Under the pieces are notes generated by a model. That model worked only from the letters and a program-made list of their open reading frames with translations, ran no database searches and had not been told where the DNA came from. A DNA stretch of 64,000 nt from an uncultured Chlorobiales bacterium (GTDB lineage Bacteria; Bacteroidota; Chlorobiia; Chlorobiales; Chloroherpetonaceae): contig CAZXOK010000003.1 in the NCBI GenBank assembly GCA_964642175.1, forward strand, positions 168,333 to 232,332, written 5' to 3'. Position numbers and translations under genes: made by a program. Each line of letters begins with the position of its first letter. The stretch's first letter is position 1. Positions 54,526 to 63,795 of this stretch are shown in pieces.

Positions 54526-54996
54526 TTATTTTGTTTTTAAAGAGTATGGTTCTTTTAGCTCACCATTTTCTCCAAACCAATTTGGCAGGCCATACCAAAA
54601 TCCGCGCTTTTTATCTTTAATTGGGCATTTATTTAGCTCACCAGCCTTATTTAGTCGAAAAAGGGTAGCAGATAGGTTAGCAGTGAACTGTTTTTTTTGA
54701 CTATCTTCTAAGTCGAGGCTAAATTTAATTAATGCTAAGTCAACAAATTCACTAACGATCAACACCTCTTTTTTTTCTGTTAAAGTATCTTTAATAAAGC
54801 CTGTGAGATCTAGTTTCGGTAATTTTTTAGACTTTTTTTTCTTAGTTTCAGAAGCAGTAGCTGATGAGCGTTCACCCTTTAGCTTTTTCAGCATGTCTTT
54901 AAGGGTTGATACTCTTTCGTTAGCTTTATCAAGCTCTAATTCATAAAATGAAACAAGTTCTTCTACTTCGTTTTCTTTTAGTGAGATGCTTTTCAT
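54526..54996 (-). CDS. Hypothetical protein: N-terminal coiled coil, Lys-rich linker, C-terminal globular domain
   Basis: 156-aa ORF, MKSISLKENEVEELVSFYELELDKANERVSTLKDMLKKLKG...ETKKKKSKKLPKLD...GFWYGLPNWFGENG. It is divergent from the flippase gene across an AT-rich 165-bp spacer. No family recognised. Confidence 0.4.
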   Translation of the reverse strand: MKSISLKENEVEELVSFYELELDKANERVSTLKDMLKKLKGERSSATASETKKKKSKKLPKLDLTGFIKDTLTEKKEVLIVSEFVDLALIKFSLDLEDSQKKQFTANLSATLFRLNKAGELNKCPIKDKKRGFWYGLPNWFGENGELKEPYSLKTK

Positions 54997-55161
54997 GGTA
55001 TTATAATTGATATATTTTGAAAATTTAAAACATATTTAATGGTGAAAGATAAGTTATTAAGAATAATAAATCAAATAAAAAAAATAATATAGTATTATAA
55101 AATTGGAACCAAGGTATTTACTATAATATATAAGTAATCAGTATAGGTTTAAATAAGTAGA

Positions 55162-56607
55162 ATGTCATTAAAACAAAAAACCATTAATGGGCTTACATGG
55201 AGTTTTATAGACCAGTTTGGCAATCAAGGTATAACATTTTTTATAAGCATTTTTTTAGCACGATTACTTACCCCTCGTGAATTTGGGCAAATTGGAATGA
55301 TTACTGTCTTTATAGCAGTGTCCCAATCTTTTATTAATAGCGGATTTAAAAATGCTTTAATTCGAAAAAAAAATTGTACTGATATTGATTTCTCCACTGT
55401 TTTTTATTTCAATCTTTTTACTGGTTTATTTTTCTTTTTTATTTTGTTTTTCTCAGCACCGGTCATTGGCAACTATTTTAACGAACCAGAGCTCAGGCCT
55501 ATCATTCAGGTTCTAGGGGTGATATTGATAATTGATTCTTTCGCTCTTATTCAGCAAACAGTATTAATCAAAAGGATTGATTTTAAGTTACAAGCAAAAA
55601 TTTCAGTGATTTCATCACTCGGCTCTGGCGTCATAGCTTTAATTATGGCTTTTAATGGTTTTGGGGTATGGAGTCTTGTAACCCAAAGGTTGGTTAGACA
55701 GGCTTTTAATTCGATCTTTCTATGGTTATGGAATCAATGGAAACCATTACTTATATTTGACATGCAGTCATTTAAAGAAATGTTTGGATTTGGAAGTAAA
55801 CTTCTGGTTAGTGGTTTAATCGATACGTTTTATCGCAACATTTATTATCTGATAATCGGAAAATATTTTTCCGCCCAGGACTTGGGATATTATACACGTG
55901 CCGATAGTTTTAAAAATATACTTTCACAAAATCTAAACGGGATTATTGGGAGAGTTAGCTATCCCGTTTTATCAAGTATTCAGGATGATAAACCTCGATT
56001 AAAGGCTAATTATCAGAAGCTTATTCGTAGTACAATGTTTATTACTTTTGTGTTGATGCTTGGTATGGCAGCTGTTGCTGAACCTATGATCATAACTCTT
56101 ATTGGTGAAAAATGGCGTCCTGCAATCGTTTATTTACAAATGCTTTGTTTTGTGGGTATGTTTTACCCTCTTCATGCTCTTAACTTAAATATGTTACAGG
56201 TTTCAGGACGATCTGATCTGTTCCTTAAACTTGAAATTATTAAAAAAATATTGGCTATACCAACAATTATTATTGGTGTTTTATATGGAATTAAAATAAT
56301 GATTGCCGGAATGATGGTAAATACTATTATTTCTTATTATCTTAATAGTTATTGGAGCGGGACTTTTATTGGCTATTCATTAAAAGAACAGGTAACTGAT
56401 ATACTCCCATCTTTTAGTATAGCCTTGGCAATGGGAGTAGGTGTATTTATGCTAGGAAAAGTTTTAATTCTTAATTCTCTTCTGATACTTATATTTCAAA
56501 TACTAACGGGAGCAGTATTTATTTTTCTTTTTTGTGAACTTACAAAATTCAGTGATTATTTGTTTATAAAACAGTTGGTAGTCGAAAAATTAAATGAGAG
56601 GAAATAA
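55162..56607 (+). CDS. Polysaccharide flippase, Wzx/MOP (polysaccharide biosynthesis protein) family
   Basis: 481 aa with about 12-14 hydrophobic segments. The N-terminus is KTINGLTWSFIDQFGNQGITFFISIFLARLLTPREFGQIGM, typical of Wzx-like PST proteins. Confidence 0.8.
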   Translation: MSLKQKTINGLTWSFIDQFGNQGITFFISIFLARLLTPREFGQIGMITVFIAVSQSFINSGFKNALIRKKNCTDIDFSTVFYFNLFTGLFFFFILFFSAPVIGNYFNEPELRPIIQVLGVILIIDSFALIQQTVLIKRIDFKLQAKISVISSLGSGVIALIMAFNGFGVWSLVTQRLVRQAFNSIFLWLWNQWKPLLIFDMQSFKEMFGFGSKLLVSGLIDTFYRNIYYLIIGKYFSAQDLGYYTRADSFKNILSQNLNGIIGRVSYPVLSSIQDDKPRLKANYQKLIRSTMFITFVLMLGMAAVAEPMIITLIGEKWRPAIVYLQMLCFVGMFYPLHALNLNMLQVSGRSDLFLKLEIIKKILAIPTIIIGVLYGIKIMIAGMMVNTIISYYLNSYWSGTFIGYSLKEQVTDILPSFSIALAMGVGVFMLGKVLILNSLLILIFQILTGAVFIFLFCELTKFSDYLFIKQLVVEKLNERK

Positions 56608-56609
56608 TA

Positions 56610-57716
56610 ATGAGTAAGCCTGTTAATGTAACACAACCTTCGCTTCCGCCTCTTGAAGAGTTTATACCTTACCTTGAAGATATTTGGGGACGCAAATGGC
56701 TTACCAATAATGGGCACTATCATCAGGAGTTAGAAAAAGCCTTATGTGAGTATTTAGGTGTTAAATACATTTCGTTGTTTAATAACGGAACTTTGGCATT
56801 AATTATAGCAATTCAGGCGCTTAAAATCTCAGGAGAGGTTATTACTACCCCTTATTCATTTGTCGCAACAACACATTCTCTTTGGTGGAATAATATCAAG
56901 CCTGTGTTTGTAGATATTGAACCGGATTTTTTTAATATTGATCCTGAAAAGATTGAGGCAGCTATTACTCCCCAGACTACAGCCATTTTACCTGTGCATG
57001 TGTATGGAAACCCTTGCAAGGTTGAAAATATTCAAAAAATAAGTGATATATATGGATTAAAAGTTATATATGACGCAGCACATGCATTTGGCGTAAAATA
57101 TAAAACTCAATCTCTTTTAAATTGGGGTGATCTTTCTGTGCTTAGTTTTCATGCAACAAAGGTTTTTAACACATTTGAAGGTGGAGCAATAGTTTGCCAC
57201 GATGAAAAGACAAAAAAGCGAATTGATTTTCTTAAAAATTTTGGCTTTGCAGGAGAAACCACTGTCGTGGCTCCCGGCATCAATGCAAAAATGAATGAAA
57301 TTCAGGCTGCGTTTGGAATGTTGCAACTTAAGTATATTGAAAAAGCAATTTTAAAACGAAAAGAGATTACAAATTTTTATAGAGATAATTTAAAAAACAT
57401 CCCAGGCATCTCATTTTTCGATGAATTCCCTAACGTAGACCATTCTTATACCTATTTTCCAATTACGATTGATTCAGCAATTTATGGAAAAACACGTGAC
57501 GAATTATACACTGAATTAAAATCTCAAGGGATTTTTACAAGGCGGTATTTCTATCCGTTAATTAGCCAATTTCCAACATATAAGGGTTTGCCTTCTTCAA
57601 CTCGTGAAAATTTGCCGGTTGCAAATGCGGTATCTGAGAAAGTGCTGTGTTTGCCATTATATCCTGATATAGAATATGATACCATGAAAAAGATATGTCA
57701 TCTTTTTCATTTTTAA
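56610..57716 (+). CDS. DegT/DnrJ/EryC1/StrS-family sugar aminotransferase (PLP)
   Basis: VTQPSLPPLEEFIPYLEDIW...TNNGHYHQELEKAL, NNGTLALIIA, DAAHAFG, and SFHATKVFNTFEGGAI (PLP lysine). Confidence 0.9.
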   Translation: MSKPVNVTQPSLPPLEEFIPYLEDIWGRKWLTNNGHYHQELEKALCEYLGVKYISLFNNGTLALIIAIQALKISGEVITTPYSFVATTHSLWWNNIKPVFVDIEPDFFNIDPEKIEAAITPQTTAILPVHVYGNPCKVENIQKISDIYGLKVIYDAAHAFGVKYKTQSLLNWGDLSVLSFHATKVFNTFEGGAIVCHDEKTKKRIDFLKNFGFAGETTVVAPGINAKMNEIQAAFGMLQLKYIEKAILKRKEITNFYRDNLKNIPGISFFDEFPNVDHSYTYFPITIDSAIYGKTRDELYTELKSQGIFTRRYFYPLISQFPTYKGLPSSTRENLPVANAVSEKVLCLPLYPDIEYDTMKKICHLFHF

Positions 57717-57743
57717 CAGTATCCTGGTTTAAAATTCTTATTC

Positions 57744-59768
57744 ATGAATAATATGAAAAAATATAATATTGGTATTTCTTGTATTGGTAGCGGTGTTGGA
57801 CAGTCGGTAATTAACTCGCTTCGTCTTTCAAGATTACCAATAAAAACAATAGGTTTTGGTACAAATCCATTTGCATACGGGGCTTATGATTGTGATGAAT
57901 ATGATTATACACCAACGATTTATCAAGAGAATTATATAGATAAGCTAATCGAAAAGTGTAACGAATATAAAGTGGATTTGATAATACCAGGGATGGATGA
58001 TGAAACCCTAATCTTTTCAAAAAACAAATCAAAATTTGAAGCGGCTGGCATAAAAGCAATTTTTTCTGAAGAGCCTCTCAATGTTATATGTCGCGATAAG
58101 GAAAGAATGAGTGAGGAGTTAAATAAGGTTTATGATGTGTTTGTTAAAAGCTATGATAAGCAAACATTAGAAAATGATATTTCCAAAGGATTAGTTCAAT
58201 TTCCCTTTATAGCAAAACCACGAAGCGGTTTTGCATCTAAAGGTATTGAAATTATTAATGGAATAGATGATCTTACAAAAATCTCTGATGAACACATTCT
58301 CCAAGAACTTGCTATACCAACAAAGGATGACCCGAATTACGCCTTTTACATGAGACAAATTGCTAAAAATCGTAATCCGCAAGTATCAGAAATTTCAATT
58401 CAGTTGGTTTATAGTCCGAAAGGGGAACTTATGGGGAGAATGGCTTCCTATAATAAATTAAATAATGGGATTCCTATTGAGATCGTTCCATATGAGAATG
58501 AATATGTATGGCAGGTCATTGATCAACTCACCCCCACATTTCTTGAATTGGGTTTGCGAGGCCCATTAAATATTCAAGGCAGATTAACTGAAAATGGTTT
58601 AAAGATTTTTGAACTGAATCCACGCTTTACGGGGATAACCGGTCTGAGAGCTTTAATGGGATTCAATGAAGTTGAAGCGTGCGTGAAAGAATGGTTGGAG
58701 TTAGATAAAGGAAAAAACAAATTATTCTTTAATTATGGACGTTTTGGAATGCGCCAAACGGCTGATAAATCGGTTGCAATTGAGCGAAATCAAGAAGTAG
58801 CTGATTTGTTTAAACAGTTGAATAAAAGCAAGATTAAAAACAAAAAAGTTATTTTTATTACAGGTATTACTGGGTATTTAGGTCAAAATTTAGTGAATGA
58901 GTTAATAAAATATCCTAATTTTGAAATATGGGGTTATGGAACTGATAAAGATAAAACAACGCATTTATTTGAAGGGAAAATTCATTCAATATATGATAAT
59001 GAGGATTTAAGAAAAGGATATATTCCGTTTGGTAATGTAGATATTTTACTTCATCTTGGCTTTGCGCGCCCTCATAATGGGTTCCAGAAAATTGCCGAGA
59101 GCCTTCAATTTACCCATGAGCTTTTTACGCGAGCTACTTCTCATCAAATTCCTGCAATAATAAATATTTCCTCACAAAGTGTATATGGTTTGGAAACGCA
59201 GCCTCTCTGGACAGAAAACACTCCTGTTGCGCCTCAGACTGTTTATGCCCAAGCTAAATATTCAACCGAATTGCTCTTGAAATCATTAAACCAAGTCAAT
59301 AAACATTTTTATTATACTTCATTAAGGTTATCAGCTCTTGCTGGAGGGGCACCCGGTTTGATTACAAATGATTTTCTTTCAAAAATTGTAATTCAAGCTA
59401 TATCCGGTCATCCTATCACTATAGTTGGAGGAATGCAGCAGATGGAACGTTTTGATGTGCGGGATGCAGTTCAAGGGATATTGAAAATACTTCATTCCGA
59501 TAAAAGTAAATGGAAAACGGTTTATAATTTTGGCTCACAGGAAGTTAATTCTCTGATTGATATTGCTAAAATGGCTAATATTATAGCATCAACGCAAAAA
59601 GATGGGAAAATATCTGACATCATAGTTGATAAAAAAGAGATTTGGATGAAATTTGGAATGGATTCTTCTTCCTTTTATGAAGATTTTTCATGGAAGCCAA
59701 CGTATAAAATCGAAGATACAATTAATTCTTTGGTAAAATATTTCTTGCATGAACAAAAAACAGTATAA
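57744..59768 (+). CDS. Fusion protein: N-terminal ATP-grasp ligase domain + C-terminal extended-SDR NAD-dependent epimerase/dehydratase domain
   Basis: Residues about 1-340 are ATP-grasp-like (FPFIAKPRSGFASKGIEII, ILQELA, KIFELNPRFTG). Residues about 370-674 are SDR-like: KVIFITGITGYLGQNLV (GxxGxxG) and VYAQAKYSTE (YxxxK). Confidence 0.7.
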   Translation: MNNMKKYNIGISCIGSGVGQSVINSLRLSRLPIKTIGFGTNPFAYGAYDCDEYDYTPTIYQENYIDKLIEKCNEYKVDLIIPGMDDETLIFSKNKSKFEAAGIKAIFSEEPLNVICRDKERMSEELNKVYDVFVKSYDKQTLENDISKGLVQFPFIAKPRSGFASKGIEIINGIDDLTKISDEHILQELAIPTKDDPNYAFYMRQIAKNRNPQVSEISIQLVYSPKGELMGRMASYNKLNNGIPIEIVPYENEYVWQVIDQLTPTFLELGLRGPLNIQGRLTENGLKIFELNPRFTGITGLRALMGFNEVEACVKEWLELDKGKNKLFFNYGRFGMRQTADKSVAIERNQEVADLFKQLNKSKIKNKKVIFITGITGYLGQNLVNELIKYPNFEIWGYGTDKDKTTHLFEGKIHSIYDNEDLRKGYIPFGNVDILLHLGFARPHNGFQKIAESLQFTHELFTRATSHQIPAIINISSQSVYGLETQPLWTENTPVAPQTVYAQAKYSTELLLKSLNQVNKHFYYTSLRLSALAGGAPGLITNDFLSKIVIQAISGHPITIVGGMQQMERFDVRDAVQGILKILHSDKSKWKTVYNFGSQEVNSLIDIAKMANIIASTQKDGKISDIIVDKKEIWMKFGMDSSSFYEDFSWKPTYKIEDTINSLVKYFLHEQKTV

Positions 59769-60279
59769 AAAAGAGCAAAATAGGCGGCGACTTGTTTTAA
59801 CTGTATTCGGTTCTAAGCTTTTTAGTTTTCCATGGACATATAAGCTAAGAATTAAAGCATATCGAAAAGTATTTGATATCGGCGAAAATCCAATTATTGA
59901 GAACGATGTTTGGATTCAAAGAACTCATGGATTACAAGGAACCATTACGATTGGAAAGAGGGTGCTGCTGGCCAGGCATGTTACAATAGATTACTCAGGT
60001 TCTGTTGTATTAGAAGATGACGTTTGGTTATCAGAAGGTTGTCAAATCCATACTCATGTTCATAGTTTAGATAGTTCAAGACTAAAAAGAGGTAATATTG
60101 TTCAAACGAAAGTTCTTCTTAAAAAAGGATGCTGGGTTGGTGCTAACGCAATTATCTTACCTCAAGTTAGTGAAATCGGAGAAAAATCAATTATAGCAGC
60201 CGGTGCTGTAGTAACTAAAAACGTGCCTCCAAATGTTGTAATAGGAGGAAATCCAACAAAAATCTTGAAGTATATATAA
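59749..60279 (+). CDS. Left-handed beta-helix (hexapeptide-repeat) acetyltransferase
   Basis: GCWVGANAIILPQVSEIGEKSIIAAGAVVTKNVPPNVVIGGNPTKIL. It overlaps the upstream gene by 20 nt. Confidence 0.8.
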   Translation: MNKKQYKKEQNRRRLVLTVFGSKLFSFPWTYKLRIKAYRKVFDIGENPIIENDVWIQRTHGLQGTITIGKRVLLARHVTIDYSGSVVLEDDVWLSEGCQIHTHVHSLDSSRLKRGNIVQTKVLLKKGCWVGANAIILPQVSEIGEKSIIAAGAVVTKNVPPNVVIGGNPTKILKYI

Positions 60280-60314
60280 GATGTTATTAATAATACTGTA
60301 ATAATTGTAATAGT

Positions 60315-60649
60315 ATGAAAAAAAAACAATTGTGAGTATTTGTTGTTTAACATATGATCATGAGGATTATATAGAAGATACGTTAATTGGATTTTTAAAG
60401 CAAAAGACAGAATATCCATACTAAATACTGATACATGACGATGCATCTACAGATATGACATCTGAAATTATATAAGCCTATAAACATAATCATCCTTTAA
60501 TTGTTAAAACAACAATTCAAAATAATAATCAATATTAAAAAAATACAAAGGTTTTAAATACATATTTATTACCAATCGTAAACGGGTAATATATAGCACT
60601 TTGTGAAGGAGACGATTATTGGTCTGATCCACTTAAATTGCAAAAGCTG
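60315..60649 (+). pseudogene. Family-2 glycosyltransferase N-terminal remnant with four in-frame TAA codons, 3'-truncated by an IS fragment
   Basis: Own translation from GTG 60332: VSICCLTYDHEDYIEDTLIGFLKQKTEYPY*ILIHDDASTDMTSEII*AYKHNHPLIVKTTIQNNNQY*KNTKVLNTYLLPIVNG*YIALCEGDDYWSDPLKLQK. These are classic GT2 motifs (DDxSTD, CEGDDYW). The ATG at 60315 is out of frame across an A9 run. Confidence 0.7.
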
Positions 60650-61036
60650 TTAAAGACCATTACCGGGAGGTTGATACGGGAATTGGGTCGCAAGCTTTGC
60701 CAAGAAGCATTGAGAGGGTATAAAGCGCGATTGGCCTTGTTTGAAAAAGTGCTTAAACAGGAAAAGAAAGATAAGCGAAAGATATACAGTCTGCATGAAC
60801 CCGAGGAGTATTGCATTGGGAAAGGCAAAGCACATAAAAAGTATGAATTCGAAGCCAAAGCCTCTGTAACAATTACAAAAACACATGGCATCATTCTAGG
60901 CGCAATGAGTTTTCAGGAAAACATCTATGACGCTCATACGCTTGATGGCGTTCTAAAGCAGATGGAATCACTACGGGGAGTGCGTCCGAAGGTAGGGATT
61001 TGTGATCGTAGGTACAGGGAAAAAGTAATAGTATAA
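60650..61036 (+). mobile_element. IS5-family transposase internal fragment (both ends missing)
   Basis: ...TGRLIRELGRKL...KRKIYSLHEPEEYCIGKGKAHKKYEFEAKASVTITKTHGIILGAMSFQENIYDAHTLDGVLKQMESL...VGICDRRYRE matches the IS5-group DDE transposase pattern (YSLHEPE..CI.KGKA.K.YEFG.K; YDGHTL; DRGYRG). It is fused in frame to the GT2 remnant. No inverted repeats were identified. Confidence 0.65.
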
Positions 61037-61089
61037 ATATTGCCAGTTTATCTATATTTATCATTATAATATTAAAGGTGTTTTGAATT

Positions 61090-62286
61090 ATGAAAAAAAT
61101 ATTGATGTTGGGCGGCTCACATTTTCAAGTTCCATCGATTAAGAAAGCTAATGAAATGGGTTATTATGTAATTACTTGTGATTATCTGTCTGATAATCCA
61201 GGACATATATTTGCAGATGAATATCATAATGTCAGCACAACTGATAAAGACGCTGTATTAAAATTAGCTAAAAAACTCCGAGTAAATGGCGTTGTATGTT
61301 ACGCTTCTGATCCATCTGCCCCTACAGCTGCATATGTTTGTGAAAAACTTGGATTTCCTTCAAATCCATATGAATCAGTAAATATTTTATCAAATAAGGA
61401 TATGTTTCGTGAATTTCTTAAAAAGAATAATTTTAAAGTACCAAAAGCTAAAGGTTTTTCTTCTTATGAAGAAGCAAAGAATGATTTTAATGATTTCACA
61501 ATGCCAGTAATGGTTAAACCTGTTGATTCATCCGGTAGTAAAGGAGTTTCTAAAATAGATTCGGTAGAAAATTTAAATAAAGCATTTGAATATGCTTTAT
61601 CTTTTTCTAGAGCAAAAAAAGTTCTTATTGAAGAATATGTAAATAAAAAAGGTTATCAGATTGCTGGTGATGGTTTTTCTGTAGATGGTAAATTGGTATT
61701 TAGTGCTTTTGCTAATGAACATTTTAATATCAATACAGAAAATCCATTTGTACCAATAGGTGAAAGCTGGCCTTATCATAGATCAAAAAAGATTCAGAAT
61801 AGGGTTCATATGGAAGTTCAAAAATTGTTAACTTTACTAAACCTGAAAACAGGAGCTTATAATTATGATATAAGGGTGAATGATTATGATGATATATATT
61901 TGATGGAAATAGGTCCGCGAAATGGAGGTAATTTAATACCACAAGTAATAAAGTATGCCACAGGGGTTGATCTAGTAGAATTTACCATAAAAGCAGCAAT
62001 GGGAGAAGATTGTACGGATCTTAAAATGAAGACAATTAAGGGGTACTGGTCATGTTATATGATTCATACCGAAACAGGTGGTGTTTTAAAAGATATATGG
62101 ATAGATGATAAATTTTATAATAATAATGTAGTAGAGTATAATATTTTCTATAAAGTTGGAGATCACATACCAGCATTTAAGGGATCTAATGGTACCCTAG
62201 GGACTATGATATTAAAATATGAGTCAATGGATGAAATGCTTGATAAAATGGATAATATGGATAGATGGGTAAATGTTATTATATGA
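61090..62286 (+). CDS. ATP-grasp domain carboxylate-amine ligase-like protein
   Basis: 398 aa. MKKILMLGGSHFQVPSIKKANEMGYYVI, NKDMFREFLKKNNFKVPK, PVMVKPVDSSGSKGVSKI, LMEIGPRNGG. Confidence 0.75.
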   Translation: MKKILMLGGSHFQVPSIKKANEMGYYVITCDYLSDNPGHIFADEYHNVSTTDKDAVLKLAKKLRVNGVVCYASDPSAPTAAYVCEKLGFPSNPYESVNILSNKDMFREFLKKNNFKVPKAKGFSSYEEAKNDFNDFTMPVMVKPVDSSGSKGVSKIDSVENLNKAFEYALSFSRAKKVLIEEYVNKKGYQIAGDGFSVDGKLVFSAFANEHFNINTENPFVPIGESWPYHRSKKIQNRVHMEVQKLLTLLNLKTGAYNYDIRVNDYDDIYLMEIGPRNGGNLIPQVIKYATGVDLVEFTIKAAMGEDCTDLKMKTIKGYWSCYMIHTETGGVLKDIWIDDKFYNNNVVEYNIFYKVGDHIPAFKGSNGTLGTMILKYESMDEMLDKMDNMDRWVNVII

Positions 62287-62439
62287 TACTAATAAATAAT
62301 TATATATATATAAACCCGGTGTTATCATATTAAGAAAAAGCAATCATATATCATGACTTATTGATATTAAAAAAACTGATTTAAGAACATCAGGAAAAGA
62401 AACCAGGTAATCCATTCGTAAGACTCAATATGAATGCTC

Positions 62440-63170
62440 GGTTAAGGCAAAAGTCAAACAGAAGTTTGTGAATATTTAAGCATCAATAAAGAATTCTGTG
62501 AGTTAATGGAAGAAGAAATATCAAAAAAAAGGGATAAAAGCACTTCAGGAAAAGTCAAAAAGCAAAGAGGTAGGTGTTAACAGGCTCATAAACCAAGAGC
62601 AGGAAATGCAAATTCAAAAATTGCTAACTGATAAGATGCCTGATCAGTTGAAGTTACCATTTTCCTTATCGACACGTAAAGTGATTAAAGCAGTGATTGA
62701 ACGTGAATATGGTGTAAAATAGCGTTACGAATCATCAGCGATTATTTGAAACGTTGGGGATATAGTCTTCAAAAGCTAATGAAACGGGCCTACGAGAAAA
62801 ATCCTAAAGCCGTGAAAAGATGCTGAAACAAGAAAGGAAAAGCGACCATTCATTGGGGAGACGAAACAGGCGTAAAAAATCAATGTCAATATGGAAGAAG
62901 TTATGCGCCAAAAGGCCAAACGGCGGTGCAACTTCAAGTTGAAAAGCGACATGAAAAACTGGAAATATTTTACTTGCCCCATATTCACCTGAGCGAAATC
63001 CTGATGAATACTTAAACAGAGTTTAAAATACGGTATATCACAAAAGCCAATGTTAAAAAATAAAGATGAATTAAACTGAAATGCCTTTTCCTATATGAGG
63101 TTATTACAGAACAGGCCTGAAAGAGTATAAAATATTTCAATCATGAAAATATAAGATATTCTTCGTAATA
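62440..63170 (+). mobile_element. Decayed IS630-family transposase (multiple stops/frameshifts and internal deletion)
   Basis: Fragments in shifting frames: KMPDQLKLPFSLSTRKVIKAVIEREYGVK, YSLQKLMKRAYEKNPKAVKR, IHWGDETGVKNQCQYGRSYAPKGQTAV, EIFYLP..SPE.NPDEYLN, MRLLQNRPERV. These follow the order of IS630 transposases, but the central catalytic part is missing. Confidence 0.6.
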
Positions 63171-63336
63171 ATTATTCGTCTTGTTATGACACCCCCGGAT
63201 TAATAAGTACAGGTTATTAGTTTCAAGATATTATATTGATTGATTAGAAAATGATTGAAATGACAAGTCGTTTATATATTAAGGCAATTAAATCGAGTTA
63301 AGCCATTTCTTTTTATAAATATAATATTTATCCATT

Positions 63337-63795
63337 ATGAATATTGATTATTATATTGGTCATAAAATAATTAAAAACAATCAAATTAGAGATTTTTTAG
63401 AAAAAACAGATAAAGAATTTTATCCATATTTGAGTTGTAGAGTAAATATACGAGAATATGCTTTAAAGCTTTATGAAAAAGCTATATTAGTAATAGCAGT
63501 AAATAAAAAAAATTGTTTAGTTGGTTTGACAGCTTTTTATGCTAATGACTTTGTTACAAAAAAAGCATATTTATCGAATATCAATGTTATAGATAAATAC
63601 AATGGTCTAGGAATTGCTAGTACTATGATGAAAACAATGGAGCAGTTTATTATTGATAAAGGTTTTAAAGAGTTGTATTTAGAGGTCTATAGTAGTAATG
63701 ATCGTGCAATTAATCTATATCATAAGTATGGTTTTTTAAATTATGATAATAAAAATGATAATATTTGTATGAAAAAACAATATGATGTTATATAA
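63337..63795 (+). CDS. GNAT-family N-acetyltransferase
   Basis: 152 aa. YLSNINVIDKYNGLGIASTMMKTMEQFIIDKGFKELYLEVYSSNDRAINLYHKYGF (acetyl-CoA binding Q/RxxGxG/A-like motif and the A/B motifs). Confidence 0.8.
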   Translation: MNIDYYIGHKIIKNNQIRDFLEKTDKEFYPYLSCRVNIREYALKLYEKAILVIAVNKKNCLVGLTAFYANDFVTKKAYLSNINVIDKYNGLGIASTMMKTMEQFIIDKGFKELYLEVYSSNDRAINLYHKYGFLNYDNKNDNICMKKQYDVI

